DNA from: Candidatus Kuenenia stuttgartensis
Lineage (GTDB): Bacteria; Planctomycetota; Brocadiia; Brocadiales; Brocadiaceae
Length of the DNA: 32,000 nt
Direction of reading: 5' to 3'
Assembly (NCBI RefSeq): GCF_900232105.1
Contig: NZ_LT934425.1
Location: forward strand, 30,001 to 62,000
Under the pieces are notes generated by a model, which made no database searches, was not told where the DNA came from, and saw only the letters and a list, made by a program, of their open reading frames with translations. The position numbers were made by a program, and so were the translations under genes. Below, one piece after another: positions 19,445 through 27,326 of the stretch. Position 1 is the first letter of the stretch; every line of letters begins with the position of its first letter.

Positions 19445-19850
19445 GCACTGCCTCCTTTGTATAGAGGGGAAATGGGCAGGAGGATGAAGTTTCCCAACGT
19501 TCGGTCCTCCTGCCCTGAGTTTTTTATGTTCCGGAAAAATCTTACAAAACTTGTCCTCGTGAAAACGGGGAACTGGGAAGTAAACCGCCGTTAGGAAGTT
19601 TGGAAGTGGTTTTAACCTCTTCCAAACTATTTAATGAGGCTTTACTCCGCCTTACGGACGGAACTTCTTTCTAACGGGGTAAACGATGTATTTTTCTTAA
19701 CGTGAACAAAAAATCAAGTGAAATACTTACGCAGGATAAAAAAAAGGCGGGGTAGCTGGGTAAGATTTTTCAAATCATTTGCTGGGTATTAGACTCAAAT
19801 ATTCTGAGACTAATTGGGCATTTTTGGAGCATTTATTCTAAGACGTAGCA

Positions 19851-20783
19851 TCTGGTGATGTCTCTGATGTTGTTCCTTCGGCAGGCTCAGGACAGGCTCT
19901 TGAGTTTGTTCAGTGATTTCGTGCTTATACCCTTATACTTGCCCTTGAAATCGTATCCGAGAAACCTGAAACCTCTTTCGAAGTTGGTGAGCTTGGTTTT
20001 ATCCTCGCTCAGCTTCATTCCAAGTTTCCCTGCAATGATTTCTTTGACATAGCTGAGGGCGGCTGGGAGTTCATCTTTTGTTTTAGTCATGACAACGAAA
20101 TCATCGGCGTATCGGACAAACTTATATCCAGCCTTTTCAAGTTCCTTGTCGATGATGTCACCGATAAGGTTTGCAAGCAAAGGGGAAATGACGCCTCCTT
20201 GCGGAGTGCCTTTGTTTGTCTCGTGCACGATGCCGTCCTCCATGACCCCTGCTTTGAGCATGTTCTCAATACTGTTCAAAACCCATCCATCAGCGATTTT
20301 CTCACGTAAGGAGTCCATAATAAGCTTATGGGGTATGGTGTCATAGAATGCCATTATATCGGCATCAAGGACGCTGGTATACCCTTCCTGCTTATACTGT
20401 TCAAGCCGTTTGATAGCATCGTGACAGCATCTGTCAGGGCGAAATCCAAAGCTGTTATCTGAGAATCCTTTCTCAAATATTGGCTCTATGATTTGCCTGA
20501 ACGCCTGCTGTACAATCCTGTCCTTAACAATGGGAATGCCAAGAGGTCTCTTGTCATGCCTGCCTTTGGGGATGTATACCCGCAGGACAGGCGCAGGGTT
20601 GTATATGGCAGTCTTGAGTTCCTGATGGATACTCATGATATTCACATCAAGATTGGACTCAAATTGCTTAATACTTACCCTGTCAAGACCAGCTTTGCCT
20701 TTATTCTTCTTTACGTGTTTGAAAGCAGCATAAAGGTTTTTCAGACTAAACACCTTGTCTCTTAATGAATGATACTTAAGCAT
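19851..20783 (-). pseudogene. Group II intron RT (IEP) fragment lacking the maturase domain
   Basis: Track ORF 19887-20783 is identical in protein to 28017-28913 (RT domains 0-7, YADD). It has the same in-frame TGA (19889-19887). The reading frame is then cut by the transposon end at 19850/19851. Confidence 0.9.
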
Positions 20784-21154
20784 CTCTCGATATATTCCTT
20801 TCGATTGATTACGGATAATAGACTTGTCAATCGTGTTTCCTGGGTACGGATTCTCCCAAACATAGGCAAAAACAAGAGAGGCTCTTGTTACTGCTTACCT
20901 ACGCAAAAGAGTTTCTTTTCTCATTGAACGTATTCAATCTACCACTTTCATCAATTCCACTACGGTTATGCCCCTTTCATTTCCGATTCACACCGGAAAC
21001 TATTATGAGCAATGCTGACGACTTCAAAGATAGACTTGTGAGAGAAGCTTGTCTATCACCATCTCATACAGCTCGGACTTCGGAATTTCCTTATACCTTG
21101 CTGTTAGGGAATTTTGCCCAAGACGTAAGTCCTCCCCCGGTCATATGGATTACC
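19851..21154 (-). mobile_element. Internal fragment (1,304 bp) of a group II intron, truncated at both ends by transposon ends
   Basis: Reverse complement matches 27646-28949 of the fuller copy. I noticed two substitutions: copy 1 21123 a versus copy 2 27677 c (G vs D in the antisense-ORF translation), and copy 1 20254 t versus copy 2 28546 g (silent K codon in the IEP). Identity stops exactly at the transposon termini on both sides. Confidence 0.9.
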
Positions 21155-21560
21155 TGCTACGTCTTAGAATAAATGCTCCAAAAATGCCCAATTAGTCTCA
21201 GAATATTTGAGTCTAATACCCAGCAAATGATTTGAAAAATCTTACCCAGCTACCCCGCCTTTTTTTTATCCTGCGTAAGTATTTCACTTGATTTTTTGTT
21301 CACGTTAAGAAAAATACATCGTTTACCCCGTTAGAAAGAAGTTCCGTCCGTAAGGCGGAGTAAAGCCTCATTAAATAGTTTGGAAGGGGTTAAAACCACT
21401 TCCAAACTTCCTAACGGCGGTTTACTTCCCAGTTCCCCGTTTTCACGAGGACAAGTTTTGTAAGATTTTTCCGGAACATAAAAAACTCAGGGCAGGAGGA
21501 CCGAACGTTGGGAAACTTCATCCTCCTGCCCATTTCCCCCCTATACAAAGGAGGCAGTGC

Positions 21561-22199
21561 GTGAATATTATAGAAAAAATCCACAAGCATGAAAAGCTTA
21601 TTGCGACAAAACAGAAGCCATGCTTTTGTCCAAAGTGCAAGAGTACCCATGTCAATTTCACCCTTCATGAATGCAGATATCGGTTGTTTCACGTTATTAT
21701 CGACTCCCTTGTTCATACGATAGAATCTTTCCTGGGACGTTGGAAATGTTCCTTGTGCAAGAAGACGTTTACTTCCTATCCTGAGTATGCGCTCCCTTAC
21801 AAGCGGTACGTAAAGGATCACTGTCTCTCCTTCAGTCAGGCTTATGTCAAAGATGATACAGAAACCTACCGGAGTGTCTCCTCTGCCATCGGATATACTA
21901 CCCGAACACAGGAAATAGACAACCGCATGCTTGCCTGGTCAACCGTTTGGAGGTGGCTGCGTTTCTTTGGCTCACTGAAATACACACTCCGCAACGCCTT
22001 TGACCTCATCAGGCAGGCCGACCCCAACTCTCCGGTTTTTCGCCAAATGTTTCCCATTTACCACGGAAAGTATAAAAGCAAACAACGAAAAACCTCCCTC
22101 GATCAATCGATTCAATTGTTCAGCGCCGAGCCGGAATATCACCGAATTTTTGGGCATTCATTTTTCCCCGAACTGGCAACAAAAAGCGGCTGGTCTTGA
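21561..22199 (+). CDS. Transposon gene 1 (copy B): zinc-ribbon protein
   Basis: Protein identical to 18806-19444. Confidence 0.5.
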   Translation: MNIIEKIHKHEKLIATKQKPCFCPKCKSTHVNFTLHECRYRLFHVIIDSLVHTIESFLGRWKCSLCKKTFTSYPEYALPYKRYVKDHCLSFSQAYVKDDTETYRSVSSAIGYTTRTQEIDNRMLAWSTVWRWLRFFGSLKYTLRNAFDLIRQADPNSPVFRQMFPIYHGKYKSKQRKTSLDQSIQLFSAEPEYHRIFGHSFFPELATKSGWS

Positions 22200-22237
22200 G
22201 TTACAATCACCTCCACACTTAAAAAAGGAGGTGAATT

Positions 22238-23798
22238 ATGAAATCGAAAGACGAAAAATGGGCTTTATTCTGGTGCAATCTTCTGCATCCTGTCATCTTC
22301 GGTGAGATTGAGAAGGAGCAGACCAACCTTTTTCTGAAAAAACTCTGCCTTCAGGAGGTCGTATTCCCCAACGGAAAGCGGAAAAGACCCACTATCTCTA
22401 CCCTCAGGAGAAAACTCAACCGCTACCGCAAAGATGGATTTCAATCTCTTGCAAGAAAGGCGAGGAGCGACCGTGGCGCATCCAGAAGGTTTTCTCCTGA
22501 AATTATCGACAAAGCCGTTGAACTCAAAAAAGAACAACCACGCCGCAGCGACGATTGCCTCAACCGCTTTCTTGAGAAATACTATGGGAAAACGATCCCC
22601 AAATCCACCCTCTACCGCCATCTCAGACTCGCAGGGGCGACCCGGCTCAAACTCGGCGTCTCACAGCAAAAGGTGCGTATACGCTCTTAGCCGTGAGCAT
22701 ACCCACGACCTCTGGATTGGCGACTTCCAGGAAGGCCCTTTCGTGCTCGTTGACGGCGAGGCGCTTCCCACAAACCTCTGTCTCTTTATCGACTGCTACA
22801 GCCGTTATGTGGTCGAAGGACGGTATTATCTCAAACAAACCCTCGATATCCTTATCGATTCTCTCATCAGGGCCTGGACTATCCACGGCTCGCCCAAAGA
22901 ACTCTACCTCGACAATGCCAAGGTCTACCACTCTGACGCCCTGCGCTCTGCCTGTTACAACCTCGGCATTAAACTCATCCACAGACCACCACGCGACCCT
23001 GCTCCCGGCGGACTGGTCGAACGTTTCTTCGGCACCAGCCAGACATAGTTCGAGTCGGAAGTCCGCTCCGGCGACATTATCACCCTTGATGCCATTAACC
23101 AGGCCTTCTCCGCTTACCTTGCCGTTGTCTATCACGCAAGAATCCACTCCGAAACCAATCAATCTCCAAAACAACGCTACGACGAGGGGCTTACCGTCAT
23201 CCGACACGTCGATATGGACGCCGCTCTTGCCTTCTTCATGAAACGCATCCCCAGAACCGTTGACAGAACCTTTGCCGATGTCCGCATTGATAACCGCTTT
23301 TACCGTGTTGACCCCAAACTCAGAGGCGATAAAGTAGAAGTCCGTTACGACCCATACGGCGATCTCAAAAAGGTCTTGATCTATTCCGCAAACGGTGAAT
23401 ACCTCGGCTCGGGAAATCTCTACCTGCGCGACCAGGGCGCTGAAACTCCAGCCGCCTCACCTTCAAAACCAAAACATAATTACCTCGACCTTATCACTCA
23501 GAAACACAAATCCATTCTCCAGGCTCAGGCCAAAGGCATTGATTACCACCAAATCATCTCCGAACGACCCTGGCCATTCATGGCATTCGTCCAGAAACTC
23601 GCACTCCTCATGGGACACAAAGGCTCTCTCTCCGCCTTCAGCTCTCATGAACTCGAATCGCTTAAAAAATGCTACAACCGTATCCCCGCTCTCAACGAAT
23701 CATTGCTCACGGAGGCATTCCAAAATGCCTCCGTGAAAACCTTACCCTATATCATTCGTGAATTACAAATCGCTTACTCGAAAAAGGAGGTCTCTTAA
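22238..23798 (+). pseudogene. Transposon gene 2 (copy B): DDE transposase with the shared +1 frame break plus a copy-specific nonsense codon
   Basis: Same two-frame organisation as copy A (frame break within 22650-22690). In addition, TAG at 23046-23048 replaces the CAG of copy A (...FFGTSQT*FESEV), splitting the DDE core from the C-terminal domain. Confidence 0.85.
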
Positions 23799-23800
23799 CC

Positions 23801-24592
23801 ATGTTTACTTCTCATTTTTCCATGACTACTCAGCCGTTCTCTGAAAGAATCAACACCAGCCTTATCATGAAAGACGAACGCTTTACCCAGGGGCTTGCAC
23901 GACTCCAATACCTCTTACACTCAGGCTCTATCGCCGTCCTCTACGGACAGACGGGAGTCGGAAAATCCACACTCCTCAAACTCTTCCTCTCACAAATCCC
24001 CCAAAACCTGTTTCTCCCCATCTACCTCCATTTTACCCACCTAAAATCATCCAGCCTTCTCTCCTTAATCGTCTCCCAGCTCGGTGAAATACCAAAACAC
24101 ACCAAAGACCGGCTCTTCCTCCAAATTATGGATAAATCCTTGCGCTCAAATCTCACTCCCATTATCGTTATCGACGAGGCTCATCTCCTGAAAACCGACG
24201 CCATCACAGACCTCAGACTCCTTGTCAGCTCTCCGCTTGATTCTTCCACTCATCTCAAAATCATCCTCTCGGGACAGGAACACCTCAAATATATCCTCAA
24301 AAGAGACATCCATGCCGACTTCGCACAACGCATCTCGGTACATTACCACATTCATCCCCTTACTAAAACTCAAACCGCTGCATACATAGACTTCCATCTG
24401 AAATCTTCCGGCGCATCCGATAAAATCTTTGACTCAGACGTCAAAGACCTGATCCATGAGTTCTCCGCCGGCATCCCAAGGCAAATCAACGCCATTTCCA
24501 CCGCCTGCCTGATTAACGCTTCCATCAGACAATCACAGAAAATTACCCAGGATATCTTCCATCAGGCTCTTGCTGAAATTCAATCTTTTTAA
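23801..24592 (+). CDS. Transposon gene 3 (copy B): AAA+ transposition ATPase
   Basis: Protein identical to 16413-17204. Confidence 0.8.
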   Translation: MFTSHFSMTTQPFSERINTSLIMKDERFTQGLARLQYLLHSGSIAVLYGQTGVGKSTLLKLFLSQIPQNLFLPIYLHFTHLKSSSLLSLIVSQLGEIPKHTKDRLFLQIMDKSLRSNLTPIIVIDEAHLLKTDAITDLRLLVSSPLDSSTHLKIILSGQEHLKYILKRDIHADFAQRISVHYHIHPLTKTQTAAYIDFHLKSSGASDKIFDSDVKDLIHEFSAGIPRQINAISTACLINASIRQSQKITQDIFHQALAEIQSF

Positions 24593-24603
24593 GGAGGTCT
24601 ACC

Positions 24604-24906
24604 ATGGCCCGTCTCTTTTCCCCTCAACTCTTGCGCTCATTACGAAACGATATCCCCATCGATCGACTCATCGCTGATGTCCTCTCCATACCTCATAAAT
24701 ACTCCGAAGGCTATTTCCGCTTCCTCTGCCCTCTCTGTTCTGAATTTAATTCCGCCACCAACCCAAATACGAACCTCGCCAGGTGTTTCCGTTGTAAAAA
24801 AAACTTTAATACCATCGACATCGTCATGGTAGATTCCAACTCCTCTTTCCCAGATGCTGTCTATCTGCTAAAATCCGTTTTACCTCAATATATTAATTCC
24901 ACTTAA
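24604..24906 (+). CDS. Transposon gene 4 (copy B): CHC2-like zinc-finger protein
   Basis: Protein identical to 16099-16401. Confidence 0.55.
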   Translation: MARLFSPQLLRSLRNDIPIDRLIADVLSIPHKYSEGYFRFLCPLCSEFNSATNPNTNLARCFRCKKNFNTIDIVMVDSNSSFPDAVYLLKSVLPQYINST

Positions 24907-24922
24907 TCTGAGAATTCCAGGT

Positions 24923-25018
24923 TCATTTATTGTGGGGCTTAGCAGTTAAGCCTTTCCCGCTCATCTCTGCCTTGATTTTCGGTTGTCTTTTGCTGTATTT
25001 TTTTGCTATATTCTTCAT
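24923..25018 (-). CDS. Small Lys-rich ORF cut by the transposon end; candidate (truncated) RiPP precursor leader
   Basis: My own translation; the ORF is below the track size cutoff. ATG at 25018, with AGGAG 13 nt upstream. It reads MKNIAKKYSKRQPKIKAEMSGKGL up to the junction at 24945, then runs into transposon DNA (TAKPHNK*). It lies 79 nt downstream of the PqqD-like gene on the same strand. Confidence 0.25.
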   Translation of the reverse strand: MKNIAKKYSKRQPKIKAEMSGKGLTAKPHNK

Positions 25019-25097
25019 CGAAATGGTGAATCTCCTTTCAGGTGTTTTTTGTTATCAATATACCGCCGAATACCTTGGAAATCCTACCATTTCAATC

Positions 25098-25325
25098 CTA
25101 TTCCTGCAACAAGGCTTTGCCTTGTTTGCAGGATTTAGGTTTAATTATTTCGCTTATCTCTCCAACCGTAAGACCGCTACTGAACATTTGCCAGATCCGC
25201 AGTCCTGTTTCATTTAAGGTGAAGTACATCTTCGTGCCCAGATGGAGAAGGACGGCCTCTTTGCCCTCTAATTCAGTAATAACAACATCAGGGTCAGGCG
25301 TTACCCTATAATTTAACTCCAGCAT
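25098..25325 (-). CDS. PqqD-family peptide-binding protein (RiPP recognition element), C-terminally short
   Basis: 75 aa with a strong SD (AAAGGAGG). DPDVVITELEGKEAVLLHLGTKMYFTLNETGLRIWQMFSSGLTVGEISEII matches the PqqD/RRE pattern. The last ~14 codons are encoded by a hairpin (25101-25130) and do not look like the usual PqqD C-terminal helix. Confidence 0.7.
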   Translation of the reverse strand: MLELNYRVTPDPDVVITELEGKEAVLLHLGTKMYFTLNETGLRIWQMFSSGLTVGEISEIIKPKSCKQGKALLQE

Positions 25326-25470
25326 CTTTTATCAACCTCCTTTTCAGTATTTCTCGTAATTATTCAATATGAAGTGAAAGACCTCCCATCCCTTCCTATC
25401 TGCGAAGGAGGGGAGATAAGAAGTCCCCCCTTCAAGAGGGGATTTAGGAGTGTGTTTAATAATCTTGATA

Positions 25471-26502
25471 TTATGCAAATATCACTTCCGTCCAAACCAT
25501 GCGAGACCAGGGGTTTCCCGAAAACTCTTTCAGCCAGTCTACCTTCTTAAAATAATTCAAACAGAACCAACAGGGAAAATAATCTGAATCTCTAAATTTA
25601 CCATTGCTGTAGTGTTCAAGCTTCTCTTTTTGAAATTTCCCACTAGCCTCAACCAAACTTACATAAGCCTCAGAAAAACTCATCTCATTCAAATTGCCTA
25701 TTATATCATCGTTTCCCACATCTTCTCCATGTCCCGATAAATTACAGCACATGGTGACATTGCCTCGCCAGTCGATGTTAATCTCTTCCATTTTAAGCGA
25801 AGCGCAAGGAAAGAGTTCGGTCGTATAGTATCCCGATGCCATAACAATAGGAATGGAAAATGTTTTCTGGAGCTGACAGATGATAGTTTCTGTTTGCCTT
25901 CTTTCTATCGGCGAAATGTCCATATTTTCTGATACGATTCGGGGAGTTGAAATAAGATGGCCAAGCCTGAGTCCCCGGCCTCCCAGTTTTGCTGCAAGCA
26001 TGGCTATTTCATTTAATTCACCCCGACTGTGGGACGTAATGACCGTATTGAAGGTGAAGGGAATATCTTTTACCACGCAAATGCTTACTGCCTGCATCAC
26101 CCGGCGATACGAACCCTTTCCACGAAGCATGTCATGTGTTTCCTCCCTTGCACCTTCTAAACTAAAGGTAATTCCAGTAAGACTATTAAGATGCGGGAGC
26201 AACTTCTCATAAATTCGGGTAAAATTCCAACCATTTGTTACAAAGCCAAAGTTATATCCAGCTTCTGATACCATCGTGAGCATCTCGGTAAATCCGGGAT
26301 GCAACGTTGGCTCTCCGCCAGTAAAGGAGATGTAATCAAAGCCATGCCCCCTGGCATTCCGGAGAATTCTTTCTAAGATTTCTATTTTCAGGTCTCCGTC
26401 ACCACTATGCCTTCCATCAAGGCAATGATGGCAACTTAAATTACAGCGATTGGTAAGTTCTATCAATATTCCCGGCATTGTAGTATTACTGTATAAAAGC
26501 AT
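25471..26502 (-). CDS. Radical SAM enzyme with SPASM/twitch-like Cys-rich C-terminal domain (peptide maturase type)
   Basis: 343 aa. CxxxCxxC cluster ELTNRCNLSCHHCLDG (Cys codons between 26445 and 26422). SAM-binding FTGGEPTLHP. C-terminal Cys groups are FPCAS, GNVTMCCNLSGHG and YFPCWFCLNYF. Confidence 0.8.
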   Translation of the reverse strand: MLLYSNTTMPGILIELTNRCNLSCHHCLDGRHSGDGDLKIEILERILRNARGHGFDYISFTGGEPTLHPGFTEMLTMVSEAGYNFGFVTNGWNFTRIYEKLLPHLNSLTGITFSLEGAREETHDMLRGKGSYRRVMQAVSICVVKDIPFTFNTVITSHSRGELNEIAMLAAKLGGRGLRLGHLISTPRIVSENMDISPIERRQTETIICQLQKTFSIPIVMASGYYTTELFPCASLKMEEINIDWRGNVTMCCNLSGHGEDVGNDDIIGNLNEMSFSEAYVSLVEASGKFQKEKLEHYSNGKFRDSDYFPCWFCLNYFKKVDWLKEFSGNPWSRMVWTEVIFA

Positions 26503-26943
26503 CTCTTCAGCGTAAATATTACACGATTCCCAACGGTTTCAGGTTTACAACCGTTCGGCTGGGCTCACGACGAAGCCTGAACCTATGAGTTTATGCGTAT
26601 AATGGAGCTATGTACAGCAATAAAACCCCAACTCTTAACCACGGAACACTAGGAATACACGGAAGCTTGCTATAATAAAATCAGTCAGGGTGCATTTTAG
26701 ATTTTTTGTAGAAAAGCTTATTATTTATGCAGAATAGGTAGCTCGGAGCAGACCCATCAATAAACTAGATGGGGAAAAACAAATGTCTAATATTGAACTA
26801 GTCCTAAAACAAGCGTAATTTTTTAATCTGAGAGAGTTAAAGTAGGTTGAAAAGCCTGAATTTACTGGTTAAGATAGTGATATGTAAAAATTCCGATAAC
26901 CAGAAAAAGGGGCATTTCAGACCTGTACTGAGCTTGTCGAAGC

Positions 26944-27326
26944 ATGAGTAAAATAGCAGCAAGAAAATATAACAAGATATTGAGAAGAAAGAAACGGAAA
27001 ATAGAGAAACGGTTAAAGAGAAAGCAATGGGGAGATCAGAAGCATCCGATGTTCACGGCAAAGAACATTCATTACGAGATAGCCGCGAATAGCCAGGCAA
27101 TTGCCTGTGGTGGTATAGGCGTAATCCATCAAATGGCAATAAGAAGTGGATTGGTAAAAGAGATAGACGAGAATCTTGAGTTACTCAAAAGGCATATACC
27201 GTATCATGAATCGGATCATATATTGAATATAGCGTACAATGTGCTTTCAGGGAATGTGCGGTTAGAAGACATAGAGTTGCATCGGCAAGACAGCGGCTAT
27301 TTGGATGCGTTGGGTGCAGAGCGGAT
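26944..27326 (+). pseudogene. IS1380-family-like transposase, N-terminal fragment (~127 codons)
   Basis: ACGGIGVIHQMAIRSGLVKEIDENLELLKRHIPYHESDHILNIAYNVLSGNVRLEDIELHRQDSGYLDALGAER fits the N-terminal pattern I associate with IS1380-type transposases (...L.GG.RLEDIE.LR.D......LG.ER-IP.P.T). Family-like sequence stops at ~27326. The remaining track-ORF residues (CALKYGIPEWLKIPPLRA*) look like read-through into other DNA. No DDE domain is found anywhere downstream. Confidence 0.55.

Larger units (their letters stand above)
16061..19850 (-). mobile_element. 3,790-bp four-gene transposon, copy A (Mu/Tn7/Tn5053-like DDE + AAA+ module)
   Basis: Boundaries are where identity to the inverted copy B stops (position p pairs with 41005-p). 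Imperfect terminal inverted repeats read outside-in: TGCTAAGCCCCACAATAAATG (16061-16081) and TGCTACGTCTTAGAATAAATG (reverse complement of 19830-19850). Each is followed by a subterminal AATT..CTCAGA motif. Four co-oriented genes with strong SD sites. Confidence 0.85.
21155..24944 (+). mobile_element. 3,790-bp four-gene transposon, copy B (inverted relative to copy A; transposase inactivated)
   Basis: Mirror image of copy A (p pairs with 41005-p). I found three differences: 21387 (g vs a-equivalent, in a hairpin), 23046 (CAG->TAG in the transposase) and 23491 (CCT->CTT, P->L). Confidence 0.85.

Noticed and set aside
19184-19594. 136-aa ORF antisense to the zinc-ribbon gene (mirror at 21411-21821)
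   Set aside because: It overlaps the SD-preceded zinc-ribbon gene on the opposite strand and extends into the non-coding transposon end. No start context or motif.
16061-24944. Fold-back assembly or read artefact as the explanation of the palindrome
   Set aside because: Not fully excluded, but the arms differ at at least three positions, including a nonsense codon. The centre is a 1.3-kb asymmetric intron fragment rather than a direct hairpin turn.
16056-24950. Simple composite-transposon insertion, or duplicative inversion, as the origin of the palindrome
   Set aside because: I looked for 5-bp (and nearby-length) direct or inverted duplications at the four junctions (cccgc, tctgg, ttacc, gttaa) and found none that match in either configuration. 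Joining the outer flanks also does not recreate a convincing single locus.
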